Shown here: piece after piece, positions 36,954-45,255 of the stretch | How positions within the stretch are numbered: position 1 is the stretch's first letter | Layout of the letters: every line of letters starts with the position of its first letter | Origin: Candidatus Peregrinibacteria bacterium | GTDB lineage: Bacteria > Patescibacteriota > Gracilibacteria > UBA1369 > LOWO2-01-FULL-3 | Length of the DNA stretch: 46,968 nucleotides | Assembly (NCBI GenBank): GCA_016186245.1 | Contig: JACPLZ010000011.1 | Span: 1-46,968, forward strand | Reading direction: 5' to 3' | Program-made: the position numbers and the translations under genes | Notes under the pieces: generated by a model | The model's database searches: none | Told to the model about the DNA's origin: nothing | The model's input: the letters and a program-made list of their open reading frames with translations, nothing else

Positions 36954-38885
36954 CTATGCCGAAACAACTGCAAAACCGAATTGACCATTACCGTTTAACT
37001 GTAGGCCATTTTCCCTCAGAGTAGTTCTGATTTCCGGGATTCTTGTCAGTATCAGTTCCTTTCTATATCCAGTTTCTTTTGCGAGATCGTCAAGGTTTAT
37101 GTTTGGGTTTTCGGCAATTGCTTTGGCTATCTTATAGTCAAAATTTACCTGGAAGGAACATGATCCGAGCCTTTCAATTCTTACTAACTGGGCTTTCGCC
37201 ATTTCTGTCTTTCTCTGAGCAGTACCTTTTCTGACAGTGCCTGGTTCGATTTGTCCCAGACACAGTTTTAATTGTAAAAGCCTTAAAATATTTTCTTGAG
37301 GAGCTGGTACCCTTGTAAGTCTGCTGGTTAACATCATCTGCATGTAACTCTTTTCTATTTTAAGAAAAATTATATCGCCAATTTCAGCTTCTGTGACTTT
37401 AAACTTATCCTGGATATATCTTATATTGGCGGCGGTTGTTGTTATTGCAACAATCTTGCCATTCAGCTTGGACAGTTTTGTTCTTGTTAAGATAATTTCT
37501 TCTGTTATTTGAATGTCCAAAGGAGGTGCTTTTTCATCATCATCGTCGTTATCATCATCTTTGCCGTCATCGTCTTCATCTTCATCACTTTCAGCACTTT
37601 CAGCACTTTCAGCACCTTCATCCTCATCTATTTCTACTTCTTCTTCACTCTCATCGTCATCATTATCATCTTCATCCATTTCTTCTTCACCCTCATCATC
37701 GTCATCATCCACCCCCACACCCACCTTCTCTCCTGTTGATGATGGCAATTCTACGGCATCACGCAGGCACTGTTCCAGGTTCTGAGGCAATCCATCCAGG
37801 CCGCTGAAATTTTCAAATGCAGCCGCCTCTTTATCCAATTCTTCAATTTCCGACTGCAATTTACCGATTTTTATTTTCAATTCTTCTTCTCTTTTGCGGA
37901 ATTCCAGCACCTCTAAAAATTCCGGCAGGGCATCTTTCTTGTGCTGCAAAATACTATTTTTATATTTCGACCTAATACTTTTTGGCGGACGACTTCCCTT
38001 CGTATCATCTTCGGACATGCCGGCGATTCCAGTACAGATTTGTTTATAATTTTCCTCTATTTCATCGAGTCTTGTTTTCCATGTTTTGAATTCAGGATTT
38101 GTCTCCAACTGTTTTACTTTAGCATCTATTTCGGAAATTTTGCTCAGCATTTCTCCAATAGCCTGAATAGCATAACCGCGTTTGCATTTTAGATTGTGAA
38201 CATGTCTGGCAACTGCATTTTTGAGATGCCTTACTGCGGTAAAAACATCTCTGCGGCTGATGCCGGAGTTAAGCAAAACATATGGTGTCAGATTGTCCCT
38301 ATGTTCTTTTCCCCTGGCAACTTCCCAGAATCTTCGCGAGTATTTTACCTCAACTTTTTGACCGCAATGAATTTCTATTTCCCGACTTAGAAACCGCAGG
38401 CAACAATTGTAGGCAAAACTTCTTTGCTCTGGATCATCGGAAAACTGTTCGAAAATTTTTCTTATTTTACTGCCGATTGCGACAAACCCGGCCTTGGCCG
38501 CTTTGTCGAATGTGAAACTGTCTTTGTTTTGCAGCACAAAATTTAGAAAGGCTATATACTCTTCTCTTCTGCCTAATCTCAACATCAATTCTATGTAAAA
38601 TTTCATGTATTTTACTATTGATGAGATATTTGGATCATCTAGACGAGAAGAATCTATTTCCGGACATTCGGCTATTTTTGACCTGATTGGCAAACATATC
38701 GCGGAATCAATATCCACTCTTTTTGAATCTACATTGATATCGATGTCCACTTTTGACAGCGCATCTTTAATTTCCCGTATAATGCCGGTGAAAATGCCAT
38801 CGTCAATCCATGGCGGACGTATGAGAGAATTTGTTATTCCAAGCAGTAAATCATTGGTGATTCTGGCTTGAATTGGTCTGATCAT
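36954..38885 (-). CDS. Orphan protein with coiled coil, long Asp/Glu tract and possible C-terminal HTH
   Basis: 643-codon ORF; TATAAT at 38911-38916; ~60-aa D/E tract; IAENPNINLDDLAKETGY HTH-like end. Confidence 0.75.
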   Translation of the reverse strand: MIRPIQARITNDLLLGITNSLIRPPWIDDGIFTGIIREIKDALSKVDIDINVDSKRVDIDSAICLPIRSKIAECPEIDSSRLDDPNISSIVKYMKFYIELMLRLGRREEYIAFLNFVLQNKDSFTFDKAAKAGFVAIGSKIRKIFEQFSDDPEQRSFAYNCCLRFLSREIEIHCGQKVEVKYSRRFWEVARGKEHRDNLTPYVLLNSGISRRDVFTAVRHLKNAVARHVHNLKCKRGYAIQAIGEMLSKISEIDAKVKQLETNPEFKTWKTRLDEIEENYKQICTGIAGMSEDDTKGSRPPKSIRSKYKNSILQHKKDALPEFLEVLEFRKREEELKIKIGKLQSEIEELDKEAAAFENFSGLDGLPQNLEQCLRDAVELPSSTGEKVGVGVDDDDDEGEEEMDEDDNDDDESEEEVEIDEDEGAESAESAESDEDEDDDGKDDDNDDDDEKAPPLDIQITEEIILTRTKLSKLNGKIVAITTTAANIRYIQDKFKVTEAEIGDIIFLKIEKSYMQMMLTSRLTRVPAPQENILRLLQLKLCLGQIEPGTVRKGTAQRKTEMAKAQLVRIERLGSCSFQVNFDYKIAKAIAENPNINLDDLAKETGYRKELILTRIPEIRTTLRENGLQLNGNGQFGFAVVSA

Positions 38886-38919
38886 TGGAGAAGGAAGCTA
38901 ACACCGGAAGATTATAAAG

Positions 38920-39651
38920 TCAATTTCTAAAATTTCTCAGCAGTTTATTGATATCTTCTTTTTTGTCGATAGCGTTAATGATCCTTGATCCTACCACTGC
39001 AATTTCAGCATATTTATGCACGGCTTGCACATGCTCTTTTTTTGATATTCCAAAGCCGACCGCCAGGGGGATTTTAAAATATTTTCTTGCGGTTTTTAAA
39101 TATTTCGCAAGCTTCGGATTTAAACTTTTACTCTGGCCGGTAGTGCCATATCTTGAAACGCAATACACAAAACCACGCGCATATTTTGAAAGTTTTTTTA
39201 ACCGTCCAACCGTTGTAAGCGGAGAAATAATTTGAATCGGATTCAGTCCGTATTTTTTACATGCGGCAAGATAATGTTCGTTTTTTTCTTCATAAATCGG
39301 CATGTCCGGCACTATCAATCCATAGCAGCCGCAAGCCTTAACTTTCTTGCAGAATTTTTCAACTCCATGTTTATAAATCACGTTGAAATAAGTCATAAAC
39401 AACAACTGCGCCTGCGGAAAAATTTTATGAATTTTTTCCATAAGTTCAAAACAGTCTTTTAATTTTACTCCATTTCTCAGCGCCACATCATTCGCGCGCA
39501 TGATCGTAGGCCCATCGGCCACCGGATCGGAAAACGGGATTTGTATTTCCAAAAAGTCCACTCCGCATTCAAGCATTTTTATGGCAATATTTTCGCTCTC
39601 TTTTAGAGTCGGATAGCCGGCAACAATATGTGTCATCAATTTATTTTGCAT
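38920..39651 (-). CDS. trpA: Tryptophan synthase alpha chain
   Basis: EIQIPFSDPVADGPTI, GLIVPDMP, VSRYGTTG, VGFGIS. Confidence 0.96.
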   Translation of the reverse strand: MQNKLMTHIVAGYPTLKESENIAIKMLECGVDFLEIQIPFSDPVADGPTIMRANDVALRNGVKLKDCFELMEKIHKIFPQAQLLFMTYFNVIYKHGVEKFCKKVKACGCYGLIVPDMPIYEEKNEHYLAACKKYGLNPIQIISPLTTVGRLKKLSKYARGFVYCVSRYGTTGQSKSLNPKLAKYLKTARKYFKIPLAVGFGISKKEHVQAVHKYAEIAVVGSRIINAIDKKEDINKLLRNFRN

Positions 39652-40825
39652 ATTCCTTTACGATAAAATAATCCTTGTCGCCGCGCCCAGAACAATTAAA
39701 AACAATTTTTTTATCTCTGCCAAGTTTTGGAGCAAGCTTTATAACTTCCGCTACAGCATGGGAAGATTCCAATGCCGCAAAAATTCCTTCGCTCTTCGCC
39801 AGCAGTTCATACGCTTCCAATACTTCCTTATCCAGCGCATAGGTGAATTTAATTCTGCCGATGTCATGCAGGTAGGCCATCTGCGGTCCCACGCCTGAAT
39901 AATCCAGTCCCGCGGAAATACTGTGCGTCTCCCGAATCTGCCCCTCTTCATTTTGCAGAAAATATGATTTAAATCCCTCCACGACTCCAACACTGCCGCC
40001 TTGAAAACGCGCCGCATGCTGGTTGCCATTTACGCCATTGCCGCCGGCCTCCACGGCAATCATCCTTACATGCGGATGATCCAAAAAGTTATAAAAAAGC
40101 CCGATTGCATTGCTGCCGCCGCCTACGCACGCCACCAGATAATCCGGCATACCATCAAGCTGTTTTGCCACTTCTTCTCCGATAATTTTTTGAAAAAAAG
40201 TATTCATCACAGGGTATGGATGAGGCCCGCAGACAGTGCCCAAAAGATAGTGCGTATTTACGGGATCGCCTATCAAATCACGCAACGCCGCATTGATAGC
40301 ATCCCTCAAAATCTGCCCGCCATTTTTTACCGATACCACCTCCGCGCCCAGTTTTTTCATCCAGAAAACATTCGGTTTTTGTCTTTCCATGTCCTTTGCT
40401 CCCATATAAATTCTGCATTTCATGCCAAGTTTTGCCGCGACTGTTGCTGTCGCCAATCCATGCTGTCCGGCCCCGGTTTCCGCGATAATTCTTGTTTTCC
40501 CCATTTTTTTAGCCAGCAAACCCTGTCCCAGACAATGGTTTATTTTATGTGCGCCGGTGTGATTAAGTCCTTCATTTTTAAGATAAATTTTTGCGCCGCC
40601 GAGTTTTTTAGTCAGATTCTCACAGAAATACAGGGGGGTGGGACGGCCGGAGTATGTCTCATATAATTGCTTTAGAGAAGCCAAAAAATCATCATCATGG
40701 ATTGCTTCAAAAAATACTTCTGTCAAATCCTCCATGACCGGTATCAGCATTTCCGGTAAATACCGTCCGCCATATTGTCCAAAATGGCCATCCTTATTTA
40801 GCAGATACTTTTTAAGTGATTTCAT
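39641..40825 (-). CDS. trpB: Tryptophan synthase beta chain
   Basis: HTGAHKIN, AETGAGQHG, CVGGGSNA, HSISAGLDY, SGRGDKD. Confidence 0.97.
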   Translation of the reverse strand: MKSLKKYLLNKDGHFGQYGGRYLPEMLIPVMEDLTEVFFEAIHDDDFLASLKQLYETYSGRPTPLYFCENLTKKLGGAKIYLKNEGLNHTGAHKINHCLGQGLLAKKMGKTRIIAETGAGQHGLATATVAAKLGMKCRIYMGAKDMERQKPNVFWMKKLGAEVVSVKNGGQILRDAINAALRDLIGDPVNTHYLLGTVCGPHPYPVMNTFFQKIIGEEVAKQLDGMPDYLVACVGGGSNAIGLFYNFLDHPHVRMIAVEAGGNGVNGNQHAARFQGGSVGVVEGFKSYFLQNEEGQIRETHSISAGLDYSGVGPQMAYLHDIGRIKFTYALDKEVLEAYELLAKSEGIFAALESSHAVAEVIKLAPKLGRDKKIVFNCSGRGDKDYFIVKEYAK

Positions 40826-43029
40826 GTGTTTGTCATGGTTAGGAGATTTTTGCCGCGCAAAAATCCTTTTCCATTCATGTCGATAGCTTTCATCAGAGAT
40901 GTCCCCACAAGCACGGCATTAACCCGTTTGTCCAGTCTCTCCACGTCTTCCCTGGAATTGATTCCGCTTTCCGAAATTATTAGAATATTTCGCGGACATT
41001 TTTTCGCAAGCCGGTTGGTCACATTCAGATCCACGGAAAAATCCCTCAGATTTCTATTGTTAATTCCAATAATTTTTGCGCCGGATTTGACCGCGGTTTT
41101 TAATTCGTTTTCATTGTGGATTTCTACTACGACATCCATGCCAAGATTAGCAGCTACGCGGATGAAATTATGAATTTTCCCTTCATCCAGAATGCCGACA
41201 ATCAGCAGGATTGCATCTGCGCCGTATTCCCGCGCTTTATGAATCTGCCATTCTTCCATGATAAAATCCTTGCACAGAATTGGAGTATGCCTTGTCGCCG
41301 CCCTGGCCTGTTTCATGTAGTCAAAAGAACCTTCAAAATATTTTTCATCTGTCACCACGGATATCGCGCCGGCTCCGCTTTTTTCATAAATCCTGGCGAT
41401 TTTTGCCGCATCAAAATCTCCCTCGAAAATTTTCCCCGCGCTCGGCGAGGACTTTTTGATCTCAGCAATGACAGCAATACCTTTTCCGGAAACAGCTTCG
41501 CTGAAATTTCTGTCGGACTTCTTGAGGATTTTGCTTGCGGCAATTTCTTCCAGAATATTTTTTCCGTTTTTTGCCTGCAGGTAGCCCTCTTTAAGGTTAT
41601 CAACTTTTCCGGCAAGTCTTAATGCCATGGCGCAATTTACATAAACGAGATCGGCATGTCTGCTTGTGCATTTCCCTTCGATGATTTCTTTTGCAATTCT
41701 AACATTGAAATCGGCGGATCCTCCGGCAATTTTTTTGAATGAACATTTTTTTATTCCAAAATCTTCCGGTTCCAGAAAATATTTTTTGAGCTTTCCATTG
41801 TGCAGCTCCACTACTTTTGTTTTTCCAGTCAGCGTTATTTCGTCAAGACCGTCATCGCCGCAAACGATTATCACATGCTCTTTGCCCATCAGTTTGCAGG
41901 CCTCGGCGATCAATTCCATTTGATCTCTAAAACCAGTGCCGATGATCTGCTTTTTCACTTTTGCCGGATTTAAAAGCGGCCCCAGAATATTAAAAATTGT
42001 CGGCTTTCCAACCTGCTTTCTGGCCTCGGCAAAATATTTCATAACCGGATGAAAATTACGCGCAAAAATAAACGCAAGGCCGTTTAATTTGTAATCATTC
42101 TCCAATTGTTCCGGACTTTTATTTATATCAATGTCCAATTTCTCCAGCAGGTCAAAACTGCCAAAACGTCCGCTGGCAGCCATATTTCCATGTTTTGCGA
42201 TACCAACTCCCAGCTCAGCAAGTATAAACGCTGCAATGGTGGAAGTATTGATCCGCGCCAGCCCGGATCCTCCAGTACCGCAAATATCAATTGCATCCGG
42301 CATGTCCAGGGTAATCATTTTGGCGGTCATAAAATCTGCAAATGCTTTTAAATCGGCCGGTTTTATTTTTTCAATCGTATAATTCCCCAAAAATTTTATT
42401 TGCTCATTTAGCGGTAATTTCCCGTCAACGGTATCCTGCAGAAATTTTTCAACACTTGATTTTGGCGCATATTTTCCCACGACATTCTTTATAAGCTTCA
42501 TTCCCTGTCCGCGCTTCATTGTCAGGACGGATTCAGGATGAAATTGCACCGATTCAATCGGCAAAGTTTTGTGCATGACCGCCATCACCAGCCCGTCTGT
42601 TTTTGCCGTAATTTCAAAGCATTTTGGCGTTTTTTTTGCACACAGGGAATGATAGCGTCCGGCCAAAAAATTCTGATCCAATCCGGCAAAAATCCCTTTT
42701 TTATTATGCTTTATCGGGCTGCTTTTTCCATGCACCGGCTTCACAAATTTCAGGCTCCCGCCAAAATATTCAATCAATGCTTCATGTCCAAGGCACACCC
42801 CAAAAATCGGATATTTGAGATGATAACGGTCAATGAGTTTCATCATATTCCCCGCATTTTTTGGAATCGAAGGGCCGGGGGACAGCACGATCAAATCCGG
42901 CGCAATTTCATCCACCACATCTATATTTACATCATTTCTGTAAACACGCACATCGCAGCCAAGCTGCGCAAAATAATCAACAAGATTAAATGTAAACGAA
43001 TCAAAATTGTCTAACAGGAAAATTTTCAT
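40822..43029 (-). CDS. Trifunctional TrpG-TrpD-TrpC fusion (glutamine amidotransferase, anthranilate phosphoribosyltransferase, IGP synthase)
   Basis: LDNFDSFT/GVCLGH/QFHPES; DICGTGG/KHGN/DGLDE; IAEIKKSSPS/LCKDF/GINNRNL/SESGI in one frame. Confidence 0.93.
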   Translation of the reverse strand: MKIFLLDNFDSFTFNLVDYFAQLGCDVRVYRNDVNIDVVDEIAPDLIVLSPGPSIPKNAGNMMKLIDRYHLKYPIFGVCLGHEALIEYFGGSLKFVKPVHGKSSPIKHNKKGIFAGLDQNFLAGRYHSLCAKKTPKCFEITAKTDGLVMAVMHKTLPIESVQFHPESVLTMKRGQGMKLIKNVVGKYAPKSSVEKFLQDTVDGKLPLNEQIKFLGNYTIEKIKPADLKAFADFMTAKMITLDMPDAIDICGTGGSGLARINTSTIAAFILAELGVGIAKHGNMAASGRFGSFDLLEKLDIDINKSPEQLENDYKLNGLAFIFARNFHPVMKYFAEARKQVGKPTIFNILGPLLNPAKVKKQIIGTGFRDQMELIAEACKLMGKEHVIIVCGDDGLDEITLTGKTKVVELHNGKLKKYFLEPEDFGIKKCSFKKIAGGSADFNVRIAKEIIEGKCTSRHADLVYVNCAMALRLAGKVDNLKEGYLQAKNGKNILEEIAASKILKKSDRNFSEAVSGKGIAVIAEIKKSSPSAGKIFEGDFDAAKIARIYEKSGAGAISVVTDEKYFEGSFDYMKQARAATRHTPILCKDFIMEEWQIHKAREYGADAILLIVGILDEGKIHNFIRVAANLGMDVVVEIHNENELKTAVKSGAKIIGINNRNLRDFSVDLNVTNRLAKKCPRNILIISESGINSREDVERLDKRVNAVLVGTSLMKAIDMNGKGFLRGKNLLTMTNT

Positions 43030-44492
43030 TCTTTTATGGTTGTTAGAAACGCCTCCGCTTTATTTATTGTTTCCATATACTCCTTTTCAGGCTCCGAATC
43101 ATACAGCAAAGTTGCTCCTACCCTAAAGGTAAAATGGCCATCCTTAATATGCGCCGTCCGTATTATAATTCCCGTATCCATATCGCCCGAAAAAGTAAGA
43201 TAACCGATCGCGCCACCATAATATCCCCGCCGTGATTTTTCATTTTTTTCTATTTGCGTCATTGCGGCGATTTTTGGAGCGCCTGTGAGCGTACCGGCAT
43301 TCATGCAGGCAATAAGCGCATCCAGAGCCGTGAAATTTTTTCGTAATTGACCGCTCAGATGCGCAACCGTGTGCATCACTTTTGAATACTTCTCCACAAA
43401 GCGATAATCGCCGACCCTGATTCCCGGCTCGCAAATCCGCGCAAGATCATTTCTTCCAAGATCGATCAGCATATCGAGTTCGGCCCTTTCTTTTTCACTC
43501 TTAAGAAGATCAAGCATGTTTTCATGATCCTCAATCGGATCATTTCCGCGCCTGGCTGTGCCGGAAATCGGCCTTAAATGAACGGTATTATTTTCACACC
43601 GCACCATCATCTCCGGCGAAGCTCCTATCAATTGTTCATCGCCAAAATCAAAATAAAACAGGTATGGCGAAGGATTTATGTTGCTGTATTTTTTATATAG
43701 TTCAAAGGAATCACCATGGAATTCCCCACTCAAAGTATTGGAATATACGATCTCGTAAAGTTCCCCTTGCTTGGCCAGTTTCCGGGCATTTTCCACAAGT
43801 TTTTTATATTTTTGCTCGCTGAATTCAAACTTATCATCGCTGATTTTAAAATGATTATACCGGTGATCATGCCCGATTTTTTTTGCAATAAAATTGCAGG
43901 CCTTCTCCGCCTCGCTTAACGTCCTCCTGTACGCGGTGATCTCCGCACGATCTTTTAAATGATCAAAGAATATAAAGCTGTCGAACAAAAACAGCCTGAA
44001 ATCATCAACGCCATTTTCCGGAAGGACATCGGGAATATCCTCAAATAGCCTTATGAAATCATATGAAAAAGCCCCGTATAGGCCGATCAACTCTCTTTCA
44101 TTCATTTTAAACCGGCTGAGAAATTGTCTTATTGCTTCGGCTATATTTCTCCGTTTTGTTCGTTCGGTTTCTTTATTTGAGGCTTTCAATTTTTTTATTG
44201 TGCCTTCAATTTTATTCCCATTTTTTTTCACGCTATCGCAAAAATCAAAATGGCCAAACTCATTCAGGAATTTTCTTCCTCTTTCATTCAAAAGCCTGGC
44301 GGAAAAGTGATCATTTTTCCCGCGCAATTCCATAATCGGGTCGATTCCTATCAGGCTCAACCTGCCGTAAATATAAGAGATGTCTTTTGATTCAAACAGA
44401 AACCCAGGCGATGTCCTCACCTCTGAAAAAATACCGGCGGCACCGGTGCAATCAATTTTTTTTGAGAATTTTTCTAAAACCATCTTCTCCAT
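43026..44492 (-). CDS. trpE: Anthranilate synthase component I
   Basis: FLFES, NPSPY, GASPE, RPISGT, AELDMLIDLGRNDL, GTLTGAPK, RGYYGG; start 44492 or 44483. Confidence 0.93.
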   Translation of the reverse strand: MEKMVLEKFSKKIDCTGAAGIFSEVRTSPGFLFESKDISYIYGRLSLIGIDPIMELRGKNDHFSARLLNERGRKFLNEFGHFDFCDSVKKNGNKIEGTIKKLKASNKETERTKRRNIAEAIRQFLSRFKMNERELIGLYGAFSYDFIRLFEDIPDVLPENGVDDFRLFLFDSFIFFDHLKDRAEITAYRRTLSEAEKACNFIAKKIGHDHRYNHFKISDDKFEFSEQKYKKLVENARKLAKQGELYEIVYSNTLSGEFHGDSFELYKKYSNINPSPYLFYFDFGDEQLIGASPEMMVRCENNTVHLRPISGTARRGNDPIEDHENMLDLLKSEKERAELDMLIDLGRNDLARICEPGIRVGDYRFVEKYSKVMHTVAHLSGQLRKNFTALDALIACMNAGTLTGAPKIAAMTQIEKNEKSRRGYYGGAIGYLTFSGDMDTGIIIRTAHIKDGHFTFRVGATLLYDSEPEKEYMETINKAEAFLTTIKE

Positions 44493-44721
44493 ATTTAAGT
44501 TCCCGGGAACCGCGGCTGACTGTGCCCATGCTGACGCCCAGCTTTTTGGCCACATCTCTTTGCGGAACACCGTTATTAAGCAGTTTTACGATCTGCAGCC
44601 TCTTGGAAATTTCTTCCAGCTCTGCCGGCGTAAGGATATTGCTGAGAAATGACATCGCCAGTTTCACATCTTTTATGGATGTAATTGTCTCAGCCAGCTC
44701 GCGAATATATTTGTCGTTCAT
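44452..44721 (-). CDS. trpR: Trp repressor (TrpR/YerC family)
   Basis: LTPAELEEISKRLQIV..GVPQRDVAKKLGVSMGTVSRGSRELK; first gene of trp operon. Confidence 0.9.
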   Translation of the reverse strand: MNDKYIRELAETITSIKDVKLAMSFLSNILTPAELEEISKRLQIVKLLNNGVPQRDVAKKLGVSMGTVSRGSRELKYGEDGFRKILKKN

Positions 44722-44734
44722 ACGTTCTATCTTA

Positions 44735-44776
44735 ATAGTACATCGATACATTAGTATAATAGCAGGATAAAATCAA
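44735..44776 (-). promoter_or_regulatory. Putative trp promoter with overlapping TrpR operator
   Basis: TTGATT-17-TAATGT; three 8-bp-periodic half-sites TATACTAA/TGTATCGA/TGTACTAT at 44735-44758. Confidence 0.55.
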
Positions 44777-44842
44777 TAGATTTTTTTGCAATACGGAAAA
44801 ATCACTCTTGCATGAAATGGATTGGAGTCCTACTATGCGGCT

Positions 44843-45052
44843 ATGGATATCTTTAAAAAAATAGTCATCATCGGATTGCTCGTTTTAGTGTTCCTGTTTG
44901 GCACGCTTACGATATTGTCAGCTTGGGGAGTGGTCAGCGATGACCTCGGCGAAAAATCCGGCGCGACCCTTGCCATAATTTTACTGCTGGCTCTTACCAC
45001 CGGTATCTGCGTGCGCGTCATAGTTAACAAAGACTACAAGTCCCAGAGATAA
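44843..45052 (+). CDS. Small two-helix membrane protein
   Basis: Two hydrophobic segments; TTGCAT-17-TACTAT-6 nt-ATG upstream. Confidence 0.75.
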   Translation: MDIFKKIVIIGLLVLVFLFGTLTILSAWGVVSDDLGEKSGATLAIILLLALTTGICVRVIVNKDYKSQR

Positions 45053-45131
45053 GCTACGCTTACGCACGCATAAGCCACGCACGCCAAAACTCATGCTCAA
45101 GACGGCGTTTTTGCGAAGCAAAAATATCCAC

Positions 45132-45255
45132 AGAACTGCTCAAAATTGTTATTTTACAAGGAAGCAAGTCGTTTTTGTTTGAGCCGTACTTATTGGTACG
45201 GCGAAAGCAAAAACCGACGTAGTTGACGCCGTAAAATACAATTTTCAGCGGTTCT
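45132..45255 (+). mobile_element. 124-bp palindromic element, homolog of 18220-18343
   Basis: 18-bp terminal inverted repeat (16/18); central GCCGTAC/GTACGGC hairpin. Confidence 0.8.

Noticed and set aside
37509..37807. His-rich, Ser-rich and Ile/Phe-rich + strand ORFs
   Set aside because: Antisense shadows of the GAT/GAA acidic tract
45050..45085. ACGC-rich short repeats after the small membrane gene
   Set aside because: Too short and degenerate to assign
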